From Desulfatiglandales bacterium (lineage in GTDB: Bacteria; Desulfobacterota; DSM-4660; Desulfatiglandales; HGW-15), in the NCBI GenBank assembly GCA_963667015.2, contig CAXXJJ010000001.1, positions 1,760,001-1,824,000 on the forward strand: a stretch of 64,000 bases of DNA, written 5' to 3'. The notes beneath the pieces are model-generated. The model was not told where the DNA came from. It made no database searches and saw only the letters and a list, made by a program, of their open reading frames with translations. Position 1 is the first letter of the stretch. Each line of letters begins with the position of its first letter. The position numbers were made by a program, and so were the translations under genes. Shown here piece after piece: positions 1 through 10,557 of the stretch.

Positions 1-467
1 TTGAAAAAGTCGTCCATATTAGCAGAGTTGCTAAGGTTGTTAAAGGTGGGCGTAGATTCAGTTTTAGCGCAATAGTTATTGTTGGCGACGGAAAAGGTCT
101 TGTTGGTTGTGGCCTTGGAAAGGCCAATGAAGTTCCTGAAGCTATTAGAAAAGGATCTGAAAAGGCAAAGAAAAGTATGAAAGCTATTAGCGTTGTAGAA
201 GGCACAATACCTCATGAGATAATTGGAAAATGGGGAGCTGGTCGTGTTCTTATTAAACCTGCTGGTCCGGGTACCGGAGTAATTGCTGGAGGTGCTGTCC
301 GTGCAGTACTTGAGGCTGTTGGAATTCAAAATATACTTACAAAATGTTTGGGATCACATAATCCGCATAATCTTGTGAAGGCTACCATAAAAGGTCTTAG
401 TACTTTAAGAAGTCCCGAAGATATAGCGACAAGACGGAATAAAACACTTCAAGAAATGTTTAATTAA
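1..467 (+). CDS. rpsE: 30S ribosomal protein S5 (5' partial)
   Basis: Frame from nt 3 reads [21 protein letters not shown]...[15 protein letters not shown]...GSHNPHN; spc operon context. Confidence 0.98.
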   Translation, partial: EKVVHISRVAKVVKGGRRFSFSAIVIVGDGKGLVGCGLGKANEVPEAIRKGSEKAKKSMKAISVVEGTIPHEIIGKWGAGRVLIKPAGPGTGVIAGGAVRAVLEAVGIQNILTKCLGSHNPHNLVKATIKGLSTLRSPEDIATRRNKTLQEMFN

Positions 468-487
468 TAAAAGAACGAGATTTTATT

Positions 488-667
488 ATGGCTGATAAAA
501 TAAAGGTAACCCTGGTTAAAAGCGGAATCGGAAAAAACAAAAAGATCAGGGAAACATTAAAAGGGCTGGGATTAACCAAGCTAAATAAGACTGTTTATCT
601 GAATAATACTGCTCCTATAAGAGGAATGATTGATAAAGTATTATTTATGGTAAAGGTTGAAATATAA
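488..667 (+). CDS. rpmD: 50S ribosomal protein L30
   Basis: Not in ORF track; translated by hand as MADKIKVTLVKSGIGKNKKIRETLKGLGLTKLNKTV...RGMIDKV; lies between rpsE and rplO. Confidence 0.95.
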   Translation: MADKIKVTLVKSGIGKNKKIRETLKGLGLTKLNKTVYLNNTAPIRGMIDKVLFMVKVEI

Positions 668-680
668 TTATTGGGAGATA

Positions 681-1124
681 ATGATGATGTTAGATGATCT
701 TTCCCCGGCAGAAGGTTCCAGGAAAAATAGAAAAAGAGTTGGCAGAGGTCCGGGATCCGGTCATGGAAAAACCTCCTGTAAAGGTCACAAAGGCCAGAAA
801 GCAAGATCCGGTGGCGGAATAAGTCCTGCATTCGAGGGCGGACAGATGCCTTTACATCGTAGACTGCCTAAAAGAGGTTTTACCAACCACTTTAAGAAAA
901 TATATGATCTCATTAATATAAATGATCTGAACAAGTGTGAACCTAACTCTGTGGTTAATATCGATAAACTGGCAGAACTGGGTTTTTTTAAGGGCGCCAA
1001 AGACGGGATTAAATTATTGGGCAACGGAGAGTTAGCACATCCTGTTGAAATTCAGGTGAATAGCGCGAGCAAAGAAGCAATTAGAAAGATTGAAGCCGCT
1101 GGCGGAAAAATCGAGTTAGTCTGA
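681..1124 (+). CDS. rplO: 50S ribosomal protein L15
   Basis: RVGRGPGSGHGKT, FEGGQMPLHRRLPKRGF; start at ATG 681, 684 or 687 after GGGAG. Confidence 0.97.
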   Translation: MMMLDDLSPAEGSRKNRKRVGRGPGSGHGKTSCKGHKGQKARSGGGISPAFEGGQMPLHRRLPKRGFTNHFKKIYDLININDLNKCEPNSVVNIDKLAELGFFKGAKDGIKLLGNGELAHPVEIQVNSASKEAIRKIEAAGGKIELV

Positions 1125-1154
1125 TTTTAAACATTTATCCGGAGAGTACTCACC

Positions 1155-2468
1155 TTGATAGGCAATATACAAAATATTCCTAAAATTCCAGAGCTGAAAA
1201 AAAGGCTGATATTTACACTGTTGATGCTTCTAGTCTATAGAATTGGCTGTAATATACCTGTGCCTGGCATTAATGGAGAGGCACTGACTGAAGTTTTTGA
1301 TTCCATGCAGGGCGGACTTCTCGGGATGTATGACATGTTTTCGGGTGGCGCATTAAAGAGTATGTCTATAATGGCCCTTGGGATTATGCCTTATATAACG
1401 TCTTCTATTATTTTACAGCTTCTTGGTGTTGTTATTCCTCATCTTGAAAAACTGAAAAAAGAAGGTGAGCAGGGAAGAAAAAAAATAACCCAGTATACCC
1501 GTTATGGTACGATAATTTTAAGCGTTATACAGGGAATAGGGATTGCTATCAGCTTTCAGAGAATGTCCAGTCCAAGCGGAGCAATGATCGTTACTGACGG
1601 TGGTTGGGGTTTCACGATTCTTACTGTGATAACGCTTACTGCCGGCACATCCTTTCTTATGTGGCTTGGAGAACAGATTACCGAAAGGGGAATAGGCAAC
1701 GGCATTTCTCTTATAATTTTTTCAGGAATTGTTGCCGGTTTCTGGCCTGCAATTGGACAGGTTCTTCGTCTCATTGAAATTGGAGAGATAACACCCTTCT
1801 TTATGGTTATTATTATAATCGTAATGATTGCGGTAATTGGTTTCGTAGTTTTTATGGAACGCGGACAGCGACGAATACCTGTACAATATGCAAAAAGAGT
1901 CGTAGGAAGGCGCATGTATGGTGGGCAGAGCACACATTTACCACTAAAAATAAATGCTGCCGGGGTTATACCGCCTATTTTTGCTTCTTCGATACTCATG
2001 TTTCCATTAACGATAAAGAATTTTGTTGATTTAAGTGATGTTGCATGGTTTGAGACTATTTTAAATGCACTTAATACGGGTACGATTACATACAATCTGG
2101 TTTATATAATCCTTATTATATTTTTCTGTTATTTTTATACCGCGGTTAATTATAATCCAATGGATATCGCAGATAATATGAAGAAGCAGGGGGGATTTAT
2201 ACCGGGGATAAGGCCGGGTAAGAATACTGCAGAATATATTGACAGGGTTATGACACGGTTAACATTCAGCGGTGCAATATATATTGCATTAGTATGTATA
2301 CTTCCACAAATACTCACATATAAGGCTAATATCCCTTACTACTTTGGTGGTACTTCATTGTTGATTGTAGTTGGTGTTGGCATGGATACAGCTAATCAGA
2401 TTGAGTCACATATGATGATGAGACATTATGAAGGTTTCATGAAAAAAGGAATCGGTAAACACAGATAA
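1155..2468 (+). CDS. secY: Preprotein translocase subunit SecY
   Basis: SIMALGIMPYITSSII, GIGNGISLIIF, GGFIPGIRPG, GGTSLLIVVGV; multiple TM segments. Confidence 0.98.
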   Translation: MIGNIQNIPKIPELKKRLIFTLLMLLVYRIGCNIPVPGINGEALTEVFDSMQGGLLGMYDMFSGGALKSMSIMALGIMPYITSSIILQLLGVVIPHLEKLKKEGEQGRKKITQYTRYGTIILSVIQGIGIAISFQRMSSPSGAMIVTDGGWGFTILTVITLTAGTSFLMWLGEQITERGIGNGISLIIFSGIVAGFWPAIGQVLRLIEIGEITPFFMVIIIIVMIAVIGFVVFMERGQRRIPVQYAKRVVGRRMYGGQSTHLPLKINAAGVIPPIFASSILMFPLTIKNFVDLSDVAWFETILNALNTGTITYNLVYIILIIFFCYFYTAVNYNPMDIADNMKKQGGFIPGIRPGKNTAEYIDRVMTRLTFSGAIYIALVCILPQILTYKANIPYYFGGTSLLIVVGVGMDTANQIESHMMMRHYEGFMKKGIGKHR

Positions 2469-2499
2469 ATAGCAGTAAAAATCAGGAGAATTATTTGTC

Positions 2500-2613
2500 A
2501 TGAAAGTTAGAGCATCAGTAAAAAAAATGTGTAACAAATGTAAAGTTATTAAGAGAAAAGGTATTTTACGAGTTATCTGTGAGAATCCCCGACATAAACA
2601 GAGACAGGGCTAG
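2500..2613 (+). CDS. rpmJ: 50S ribosomal protein L36
   Basis: Hand translation [42 protein letters not shown] upstream. Confidence 0.97.
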   Translation: MKVRASVKKMCNKCKVIKRKGILRVICENPRHKQRQG

Positions 2614-2667
2614 ACTTGTCACAGTTATAATATCGTTTAATTCATATTATTAACAAGGAGAAAGAAT

Positions 2668-3039
2668 TTGGCCAGAATCGCAGGCGTTGACTTACCGAAA
2701 AATAAAAGAATAGAGATTGCCTTAACTTATATATACGGCATAGGGCGGACAGCTTCTCAAAAAATACTGACTGAAAGCGGTATAGACTGGGATACAAAAT
2801 CTGATGATCTTACTGAAAATCAGATAAGCGATATAAGAAGCGTTATTGACGAGAAATATAAAGTTGAAGGTGACCTTAGAAGAGAAGTCTCCATGAATAT
2901 AAAGAGATTAATGGATCTTGGTTTATATCGTGGAATCAGACACAGGAGAGGTTTACCGGTAAGAGGCCAAAGAACAAGCACAAATGCAAGAACTCGTAAG
3001 GGGCCCAGTCGTTCAGTAATGGGAAAAAGGAAAAAATAA
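2668..3039 (+). CDS. rpsM: 30S ribosomal protein S13
   Basis: [10 protein letters not shown]...[17 protein letters not shown]. Confidence 0.98.
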   Translation: MARIAGVDLPKNKRIEIALTYIYGIGRTASQKILTESGIDWDTKSDDLTENQISDIRSVIDEKYKVEGDLRREVSMNIKRLMDLGLYRGIRHRRGLPVRGQRTSTNARTRKGPSRSVMGKRKK

Positions 3040-3057
3040 GGAGCTTGGTATAATACT

Positions 3058-3453
3058 ATGGCAAAACGCGTTAAAAAAGGAAAAAAGACCAAAAAAGAGA
3101 AGAAAATAGTACCAAATGGTATTGTACATATTAACTCTACTTTTAATAATACAATTATCACTATTACTGATAATGACGGAAATGTAATAGCCGCATCGAG
3201 CGCAGGAAGGCATGGATTTAAGGGTTCTAAAAAGAGCACCCCATATGCTGCTCAAATGGCTGCTCAGGGTGCATTGAAAGATGCAATGGAGCAGGGATTG
3301 AAAACTGCTGAAGTAAGGGTAAAAGGCCCCGGTGTTGGGAGGGAAGCCGCTTTAAGAGCTTTGCAGGTTGAAGGGTTTACAGTTAGCATCATTAGAGATG
3401 TTACGCCGATACCTCACAATGGGTGTCGCCCTCCAAAAAGAAGAAGAGTATAA
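3058..3453 (+). CDS. rpsK: 30S ribosomal protein S11
   Basis: [38 protein letters not shown]. Confidence 0.98.
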   Translation: MAKRVKKGKKTKKEKKIVPNGIVHINSTFNNTIITITDNDGNVIAASSAGRHGFKGSKKSTPYAAQMAAQGALKDAMEQGLKTAEVRVKGPGVGREAALRALQVEGFTVSIIRDVTPIPHNGCRPPKRRRV

Positions 3454-3588
3454 AACTGAATCATTTATCACTAAAAATTGTTGTGTCACAACAATTTGAT
3501 ATTGTAAAAAAAGCTAATCAAATTAGATATGCTTAAATGATAAATGATATATAAAATTGTAATATTTTGATTAATTAGGAGGCTAGGA

Positions 3589-4218
3589 TTGGCCAGATAT
3601 ACAGGTTCATCATGTAGGTTATGCAGAAGAGAGAATATAAAACTCTTTCTCAAAGGAGATCGCTGTTACGGTGATAAATGTGCCTTCGAAAGGAGACCAT
3701 ATGCTCCGGGTCAGCATGGCCAGAGACGTGGCGGTAAAGTTTCTGATTATCAACTGCAGTTGAGAGAAAAACAGAAAGTTAAAAGAATATATGGTGTGCT
3801 GGAAAAGCAGTTCAGGAAATACTATTACCACGCTGAAAAGCAGAAAGGTATTACCGGTACAAACCTGTTGCTATTTCTTGAGTGCAGACTTGATAATATC
3901 GTCTTTAGAATGGGATTTGCTTCTTCAAGAAATCAGGCAAGACAGCTTGTAAGGCAGAACCATTTCGAGGTGAACGGTAGAAAGGTAAATATTCCTTCTT
4001 TTCAGGTTTCTCCGGGAGACTATATAGAAGTGAAAGAAAAAAGCAGAAAATCAAAGGTTATCAATGATTCCCTTGAGACTGTTGTGCGACGGGGGATTCC
4101 TGCCTGGATTGATCTGGATAAAGATAAATACCGCGGCACCCTGACGGCCATTCCCAACAGGGAAGACCTGACTATGCCTATGCAGGAACAGCTTATAGTT
4201 GAGTTGTACTCCAAATAG
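3589..4218 (+). CDS. rpsD: 30S ribosomal protein S4
   Basis: [43 protein letters not shown]. Confidence 0.98.
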   Translation: MARYTGSSCRLCRRENIKLFLKGDRCYGDKCAFERRPYAPGQHGQRRGGKVSDYQLQLREKQKVKRIYGVLEKQFRKYYYHAEKQKGITGTNLLLFLECRLDNIVFRMGFASSRNQARQLVRQNHFEVNGRKVNIPSFQVSPGDYIEVKEKSRKSKVINDSLETVVRRGIPAWIDLDKDKYRGTLTAIPNREDLTMPMQEQLIVELYSK

Positions 4219-4273
4219 GAATTGATTTTAAAATAAATCTAAAATCTCATGGATCATAGTGGAGGTACTTTTT

Positions 4274-5305
4274 TTGGGAGATATTAAAGCAAGAAACTGG
4301 CGGGAATTGATTAGACCGAAAAGCATAGTGATGGAAGACGAAAACCATACATCTTTTTATGGTAAATTTGTATGTGAACCCCTTGAAAGAGGATTCGGTA
4401 TAACTATCGGTAACTCTTTAAGGCGTATTTTGCTTTCATCATTGCAGGGCGCAGCAATAGTTTCTGTTAAGTTTGATAATGTTGTTCATGAATTTTCATC
4501 TATACCTGGTGTAATGGAAGATGTTACAGAAATTATTCTGAACCTAAAGGAATTGAACCTAAAACTAATAGACGTAGAAGAAGCAGTATTGACATTGTCT
4601 GTGGATGGTGAGGGAATTGTAACTGCCGGAGATATTGAACCCAACGAATCTGTAGAGATTCTGGATCCCAACAAGCCGATTGCCACATTGAGTAAAAAAG
4701 GAAAACTCAATATGGAAATGGTTGTAAAAATGGGAAAGGGATATGTACCTGCTGAGAAAGATTCCAATGCCAGCAATGATATCGGAAATATTCTTATTGA
4801 TGCAAGTTTTTCGCCTATTAAAAAAGTAAATTATATTGTAACAAATGCCAGGGTTGGACAAAAGACTGATTACGATAAGCTGACGCTGGAAATATTTACT
4901 GATGGGAGTGTGTTGCCTGAAGATGCAATAGCCTTTGCTGCAAAAATACTTAAGGAGCAGATGACTCCATTTATTAATTTTGAAGAAGAGACGGAACCTG
5001 ACGAGGTTGAAGAAGAGGAAGAGGGCGATAGACTTAATGAAAATCTCTTCAGACCAGTGTCTGAGCTTGAATTATCCGTCAGATCTGCAAATTGTCTTAA
5101 AAACGCCGAGATTACAATGATTGGTGAATTGGTACAAAAGACTGAAGGTGAAATGTTGAAGACCAAAAATTTCGGCAGAAAATCGCTCAATGAGATAAAG
5201 ACTATTCTTACAGAAATGGGATTATCACTTGGAATGAAGATTGATAAATTTCCATCTGTACCATCTGATGATATTGACGATGAAGAAGAAAGTGAAAAGG
5301 AATAA
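4274..5305 (+). CDS. rpoA: RNA polymerase alpha subunit
   Basis: [46 protein letters not shown] start at 4274 after GGAGG (GTG 4259 is an alternative). Confidence 0.98.
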   Translation: MGDIKARNWRELIRPKSIVMEDENHTSFYGKFVCEPLERGFGITIGNSLRRILLSSLQGAAIVSVKFDNVVHEFSSIPGVMEDVTEIILNLKELNLKLIDVEEAVLTLSVDGEGIVTAGDIEPNESVEILDPNKPIATLSKKGKLNMEMVVKMGKGYVPAEKDSNASNDIGNILIDASFSPIKKVNYIVTNARVGQKTDYDKLTLEIFTDGSVLPEDAIAFAAKILKEQMTPFINFEEETEPDEVEEEEEGDRLNENLFRPVSELELSVRSANCLKNAEITMIGELVQKTEGEMLKTKNFGRKSLNEIKTILTEMGLSLGMKIDKFPSVPSDDIDDEEESEKE

Positions 5306-5310
5306 TTAAA

Positions 5311-5745
5311 ATGAGGCATCAAAAAACAGGAAGAAAACTCGGACGTAATTCCAGCCATAGAAAAGCAATGTATAAAAATATGGTTACATCTCTTTTTAAA
5401 CATGGGCAATTGGAGACAACGGACGCTAAAGCTAAAGAATTAAAGCCTATTGCTGAAAAACTCATTACTCTGGCTAAAAAAGGAGACTTACATTCAAGAA
5501 GGCTTGCAATATCCTATATGAATGAAAAGACTGTGGCTCACAAACTTTTTGATGATATCAAAAATGGTTACTTAAACAGACAGGGCGGGTATCTCAGGGT
5601 ATTAAAGAATGGGTTTAGACGTGGTGATGGTGCGGCGGTGTCGATAGTTCAGCTTCTGCCAACTGAAGTAGCTGCAAAAAAGGCAGGCAAAAAGAATAAA
5701 ACTGCTGAAACAAAAAGTGATGCTGAAAACAAGGCCGCTGATTAG
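5311..5745 (+). CDS. rplQ: 50S ribosomal protein L17
   Basis: MRHQKTGRKLGRNSSHRKA, TTDAKAKE, RRGDGA. Confidence 0.98.
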   Translation: MRHQKTGRKLGRNSSHRKAMYKNMVTSLFKHGQLETTDAKAKELKPIAEKLITLAKKGDLHSRRLAISYMNEKTVAHKLFDDIKNGYLNRQGGYLRVLKNGFRRGDGAAVSIVQLLPTEVAAKKAGKKNKTAETKSDAENKAAD

Positions 5746-5872
5746 CCAATAATCTATTGAAGGATAACTCTAAAGTAGTTAAGGAAATTTAAATAATATT
5801 TTAATGTTTGAGTTCTTGATTAATTTTTAGTACTTTGCTACTATTAATCAATTATTTAAACATTATACTAAA

Positions 5873-5962
5873 ATGAAATATGACAAAATTTATTGTCCAA
5901 ATTTGGTTAAAAACCTCCTTACCGGTCATACGGTAAGGAGGTTTTTTTTGACGGGGGTATAA
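5873..5962 (+). CDS. Putative pyrB leader peptide (29 aa, PyrL-like)
   Basis: ATG 5873 to TAA 5962 (MKYDKIYCPNLVKNLLTGHTVRRFFLTGV) reads through the terminator hairpin and abuts the pyrB TTG; no clear SD. Confidence 0.4.
   Translation: MKYDKIYCPNLVKNLLTGHTVRRFFLTGV
5909..5949 (+). terminator. Intrinsic terminator/attenuator directly upstream of pyrB
   Basis: AAAAACCTCCTTACCG-GTCATA-CGGTAAGGAGG followed by T8. Confidence 0.8.
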
Positions 5963-6907
5963 TTGGGAATATTCAATCATAAAGATCTGTTAGGAATGGG
6001 GCAGCTATCCGTTGATGATATAAACCTTATTCTCCGGACAGCGGAATCATTAAAAGAGATATCTCAGCGGGATATTAAAAAAGTTCCTACTTTAAGGGGC
6101 AAAACAATTGTTCATTTCTTCCATGAACCCAGCACAAGGACAAAAACTTCCTTTGAGATCGCTTCCAAAAGACTTAGTGCTGATACTGTTAGTCTTTCAT
6201 CCTCAGGAAGCAGTATGGTCAAAGGTGAAACCCTTATTGATACTGCTCAAAACCTACAGGCTATGAATCCTGATATTATCGTACTGAGGCACTCGTCAAG
6301 CGGGGCTCCTCACCTTCTTGCTGGCAGGATATCCGCTTCAATTATTAACGCAGGTGACGGAGCAAACGAGCATCCATCTCAGGCCCTGCTTGACATGTTT
6401 ACCATTAAAGAAAAGAAAGGCCGTATTGAAGGGCTTAAAGTGGCAATAATTGGCGATATCGAACACAGTCGGGTAGCCAGATCAAATATTATCGGGCTAA
6501 AAAAAATGGGAGCAGAAGTAACAATATCGGGACCACCTACAATGATTCCTCATAATGTCGAATCATTTGGTGTCGAGGTTGTTAACAATCCTGCAGAGGC
6601 TATCATTGATAAAGATGTGATTATGGTATTGAGAATACAGCTAGAAAGGCAAAGTAAAACACTTTTCCCAAGTTTGAAGGAATATTCAAACTTTTTCGGG
6701 ATTAATGAAAAATCTCTGAATAAGATAAAGGAAGGGGCAATAATTATGCATCCCGGTCCAGTTAACCGGGGGGTTGAACTTTCATCAAAGGTGGTTGACA
6801 GTCCATATTCTGTTATTCTAAACCAGGTTTCAAACGGAGTCGCAGTTAGGATGGCTCTACTCTATTTATTGATTGGAGGGGCACGCAATGAAGACATTGC
6901 TAATTAA
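5963..6907 (+). CDS. pyrB: Aspartate carbamoyltransferase catalytic subunit
   Basis: [48 protein letters not shown]. Confidence 0.97.
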   Translation: MGIFNHKDLLGMGQLSVDDINLILRTAESLKEISQRDIKKVPTLRGKTIVHFFHEPSTRTKTSFEIASKRLSADTVSLSSSGSSMVKGETLIDTAQNLQAMNPDIIVLRHSSSGAPHLLAGRISASIINAGDGANEHPSQALLDMFTIKEKKGRIEGLKVAIIGDIEHSRVARSNIIGLKKMGAEVTISGPPTMIPHNVESFGVEVVNNPAEAIIDKDVIMVLRIQLERQSKTLFPSLKEYSNFFGINEKSLNKIKEGAIIMHPGPVNRGVELSSKVVDSPYSVILNQVSNGVAVRMALLYLLIGGARNEDIAN

Positions 6908-8186
6908 TGGTGACCTGATCAATACTAAAAAAAGTATTGTAGAAGAAAAGGATATCCTGGTTGATGATAATCTGATAGCCGGGATTTTTCCCAGAGGGCA
7001 GTTCAATGAAAGTGATGTCCGGCGTATCGATATAGCAGGGAAAGTAGTGAGCCCGGGACTAATCGACATGCATGTACATCTCAGGGAACCAGGCGAAGAA
7101 TATAAGGAGACAATTGAATCAGGATGTCTGGCTGGGGCCGCAGGCGGATTTACTGGAATAGCGTGTATGCCTAACACAGAACCTGCTAACGATAACGCCT
7201 CTATAACCGAATTTATATTAGGCCAGGCACGAAAAAAAGGTATTATCAGGGTATATCCGATTGCAGCAATTACAATGGGTAGGAATGGCAATTATCTTAC
7301 CGAATTTGGTGAACTTAAAAAGGCTGGCGCAGTCGGGATATCTGATGACGGCTCACCGGTTAAAAACAGTGAGATAATGAGACGAGCCCTTGAATATGCT
7401 AGATATCATAATCTTACCGTAATTTCCCATTGTGAGGATACAGACCTTTCCAATGGCGGCAATATGAATGAAGGAAATATTTCTGCAAAAATGGGTTTAA
7501 AGGGGATTCCCTCTGCCAGCGAAGAGATAATGATAAAAAGAGATATTTCTCTGGCAGAGTTTACCGGGTGTCCTGTTCATATTGCACATGTAAGTACAGC
7601 CGGAAGTGTTGATGCCATAAGAAGAGCAAAGGAGAAGGGAATACCTGTCACAGCTGAAACAGCGCCCCATTATTTCACACTGGATCAATCTGCTGTTGAG
7701 GGCTATAATACAAATGCAAAAATGAATCCGCCTTTAAGAACAAAATTTGATATTGATGAAATAAAAAAAGGGTTGGCAGATGGTGTAATCGATGTTATCG
7801 CAACCGATCATGCTCCGCACCATGCGCTTGTAAAGGATGTCGAGTTTGATCATGCAGCATTTGGAATTATAGGGCTTGAGACCGCGCTTCCACTTACTCT
7901 AAATCTTGTACGGGAAGGGGTGTTGAGCCTTCCGGAAGCAATAAATAAACTTTCATTGCAGGCGGCCATGATTCTGGGAATAGAGGGAGGCATAATCAAG
8001 GAAGGTGCAAGGGCGGATTTGTCAATAATCGATCCTGAGGAAGAATACATATTAAACGAAGAAGATATCCTGTCAAAAAGCAAAAACAGCCCGTTTATCG
8101 GTAAGACATTAAAGGGGAGAAATATCTTTACTATGGTTGAGGGGAAAATTGTCTGGTCAAGAGACAGCAAATATTCTTGTAGTTGA
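6888..8186 (+). CDS. pyrC: Dihydroorotase
   Basis: [33 protein letters not shown]. Confidence 0.96.
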   Translation: MKTLLINGDLINTKKSIVEEKDILVDDNLIAGIFPRGQFNESDVRRIDIAGKVVSPGLIDMHVHLREPGEEYKETIESGCLAGAAGGFTGIACMPNTEPANDNASITEFILGQARKKGIIRVYPIAAITMGRNGNYLTEFGELKKAGAVGISDDGSPVKNSEIMRRALEYARYHNLTVISHCEDTDLSNGGNMNEGNISAKMGLKGIPSASEEIMIKRDISLAEFTGCPVHIAHVSTAGSVDAIRRAKEKGIPVTAETAPHYFTLDQSAVEGYNTNAKMNPPLRTKFDIDEIKKGLADGVIDVIATDHAPHHALVKDVEFDHAAFGIIGLETALPLTLNLVREGVLSLPEAINKLSLQAAMILGIEGGIIKEGARADLSIIDPEEEYILNEEDILSKSKNSPFIGKTLKGRNIFTMVEGKIVWSRDSKYSCS

Positions 8187-9540
8187 TGATGACAGGAGCA
8201 TGAGGGAATTCCTTGAAATTCTTCTAACCGGAGAAGGGTATAATGTTACACTGGCTGACAGCGGAGAGTCTGGTTGTGATGCTCTTAGGAAAAACCCTTT
8301 TGACCTAGTTGTTACAGATATCCGTATGAAGGGGATAAATGGTCTGGATGTGCTAAGGAAGGCCAAGGAAGTAAACCCTGATACGATGGTGGTGATGATA
8401 TCGGCCTTTGCAACTGCGGATACTGCGGTCGAGGCTATGAAGGAAGGCGCCTATGATTATATCCCCAAACCCTTTAAAGTAAGAGAATTTAAAAAGATTG
8501 TTAAGGATACCCTCGGATCAAGAAAAATAAATACCTCTGAAAAAACTGCTGAGAATTCAAATCGTCCTTATATACATCATTTTGACTGTATTATAGGTGA
8601 AAGCCCGCAGATGAAAAAGGTTTATGATCTGATTGAGAGGGTAGCTGAAACAAAAAGTAATATCCTGATAACAGGCGAAAGCGGCACAGGAAAAGAGCTC
8701 GCTGCAAGGGCAATACATTATCAAAGTCCCAGAAAAGACAGGCCTTTTGTCGTTATTAACTGCGCGGGTATACCGGAAAATCTGATCGAAAGTGAGTTAT
8801 TTGGTTATAAAAAGGGTGCCTTTACGGGAGCGGTAGGTGATAAGGCTGGTTTATTTGAAGTCGCCCAGGGGGGTACTGTATTCCTTGATGAAGTGGGAGA
8901 ACTGACTCCGGCAATACAGGTCAAGTTGCTAAGGGTTATACAGGAAAGAACTTTCACTGCAGTCGGTGGTACAGAAGAAAAAAGAGTGGATGTCCGTTTT
9001 ATATCCGCTACAAATAAAACCCTTGAAAAAGAAGTAGTTGAAAACCGTTTCAGGGAGGACCTGTTTTTCAGGCTGAATGTAATCCAGATAGTAATGCCTC
9101 CTTTAAGGAAAAGAGAGGGTGATCTTGACCTCCTGTGCCGGTTTTTTCTTGAGAAATATTCAAATGAACTGGGAAAGGATGTAAAAAAGATATCCGCATA
9201 TGGAATGGATCTTTTAAGAAATTATAGTTTCCCGGGTAATGTCAGGGAACTTGAAAATATAATCGAAAGAAGTGTTGCCCTTGAAGCCTCAAATATTGTA
9301 CTTCCGGAGAGTCTTACACTTTCCTACTTCCATCGAGACGCTAATAATATTCCTCAGCAAAGAAGACAGACAGATTTGACCTCAGAAGGCGTTGACCTCA
9401 ATTCCGTCATGGCCGAGATAGAGAAAGATTATCTTCTAAAGGCACTGGAATTATCCAGAGGATCAAAACAAAAAGCTGGGGAACTTCTTGGCCTGACACT
9501 GGATTCAATAAAGTATCGTCTCAAAAAACTCAATATTTAA
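8149..9540 (+). CDS. pilR: Sigma54-dependent response regulator, PilR-like (REC-AAA+-HTH)
   Basis: ILVVDDD receiver, GESGTGKE, ESELFG, GAFTGA, FLDEVGE, PGNVRELEN, C-terminal HTH; directly upstream of the pilin gene. Confidence 0.8.
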   Translation: MSGQETANILVVDDDRSMREFLEILLTGEGYNVTLADSGESGCDALRKNPFDLVVTDIRMKGINGLDVLRKAKEVNPDTMVVMISAFATADTAVEAMKEGAYDYIPKPFKVREFKKIVKDTLGSRKINTSEKTAENSNRPYIHHFDCIIGESPQMKKVYDLIERVAETKSNILITGESGTGKELAARAIHYQSPRKDRPFVVINCAGIPENLIESELFGYKKGAFTGAVGDKAGLFEVAQGGTVFLDEVGELTPAIQVKLLRVIQERTFTAVGGTEEKRVDVRFISATNKTLEKEVVENRFREDLFFRLNVIQIVMPPLRKREGDLDLLCRFFLEKYSNELGKDVKKISAYGMDLLRNYSFPGNVRELENIIERSVALEASNIVLPESLTLSYFHRDANNIPQQRRQTDLTSEGVDLNSVMAEIEKDYLLKALELSRGSKQKAGELLGLTLDSIKYRLKKLNI

Positions 9541-9617
9541 CATAATGTAGTGTAACATTTCATCATGCTCCGAATGGTTGGCAAATTCAGCATCTTTTTG
9601 TAACAATCATGATTCAC

Positions 9618-9685
9618 GTCATTTCACGGCTTGACCGTGGAATCCAGTACTCCCTGTCGTCATTCCCGTGCAGACGGGAATCCAG
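9618..9685. repeat. Two tandem GTCATT...GGAATCCAG REP-like hairpins
   Basis: GTCATTTCACGG-CTTGA-CCGTGGAATCCAG and GTCATTCCCGT-GCAG-ACGGGAATCCAG. Confidence 0.75.
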
Positions 9686-9883
9686 TTTTTAAAATAAGTC
9701 ATACTTACTATCAAATGATATTTGTGTGACAAGGTGAAATTCCCACATATAAGGGTGAAAATCACCTGTATATGTCTATATGAGCTGTTTTTTTGACACT
9801 ATGTCTTAGCATGGTATATTTATAATTTTTATAACCTATTGAAAATTAAGTGATTATAGAAAAAAATCGAAATATTGTTACTG

Positions 9884-9899
9884 TGGCATATTATTTGTA
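9884..9899 (+). promoter_or_regulatory. Putative sigma54 -24/-12 promoter for pilA
   Basis: TGGCAT-ATTAT-TTGTA (consensus TGGCAC-N5-TTGCW, variant -12); IHF-like site near 9832-9844; adjacent bEBP gene. Confidence 0.5.
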
Positions 9900-10032
9900 T
9901 ATAGTTCAGTATGAAATTAATTGGCAACAATTAACATATTGTTTTGGCGAAATCTTGAAAGGAGGTGAATCTCCGAAGATTTCAGGGTTTTTATTGATCA
10001 TGATCAAACTTTTTAAATTTTGGAGGAAAATT

Positions 10033-10413
10033 ATGTTTATGAAAAAAGATGAAAAAGGTTTTACACTTATTGAGTTGATGATCGTTATTGCGATTATCGG
10101 TATCCTGGCTGCAATAGCTATTCCGCAGTTTAACGCTTACAGGGCGAGGTCATACAATGCTGCGGCTAATACAGATATCAGAAATATGATGACAGCCCAG
10201 GAAGGTTATTTTATTGACGAGGATACATATTCTAATTCTTCTACCGTATTAGCGAGTTATGGTTATTCACAATCAGCCGGTGTAGTGGCTCCTACCATTC
10301 AAAAGAGCGATACTGGATATACAATTACCGGGATGTATAATTCAAAAGCTGATTCAGATAATAGGGTTACATACAGCGTAGTAGGTCCTGGTGGTACTAT
10401 TACCAAATATTAG
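10033..10413 (+). CDS. pilA: Type IV major pilin (prepilin)
   Basis: [32 protein letters not shown] prepilin motif; N-terminal helix resembles Geobacter PilA. Confidence 0.93.
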   Translation: MFMKKDEKGFTLIELMIVIAIIGILAAIAIPQFNAYRARSYNAAANTDIRNMMTAQEGYFIDEDTYSNSSTVLASYGYSQSAGVVAPTIQKSDTGYTITGMYNSKADSDNRVTYSVVGPGGTITKY

Positions 10414-10434
10414 GAAGAAAAACATTTAATTAAT

Positions 10435-10472
10435 TAAAAAGATGATAGAATATTTTCTATCATCTTTTTTTA
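10435..10472 (+). terminator. Intrinsic terminator after pilA
   Basis: AAAAAGATGATAGAA-TATT-TTCTATCATCTTTTTTT. Confidence 0.8.
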
Positions 10473-10557
10473 TAATATAACTCTGCATACCGGAAATATT
10501 ACCAGCTGTTAAATCAAAAAATATTTACATCGATATTTTAGAAGTAGAGACCATAAG

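Noticed and set aside
595..5409. Minus-strand ORFs across the ribosomal operon and similar antisense ORFs elsewhere
   Set aside because: They overlap well-supported genes and have no recognisable motifs
9940..9990. c-di-GMP/cGAMP (GEMM) riboswitch upstream of pilA
   Set aside because: Lacks the GGCAAA...GACGCAAA core and second stem; only a single hairpin is visible
9850..10032. N-terminal extension of the pilin ORF (187 aa in the track)
   Set aside because: The good SD and short basic leader fit ATG 10033; the upstream part overlaps the promoter/UTR
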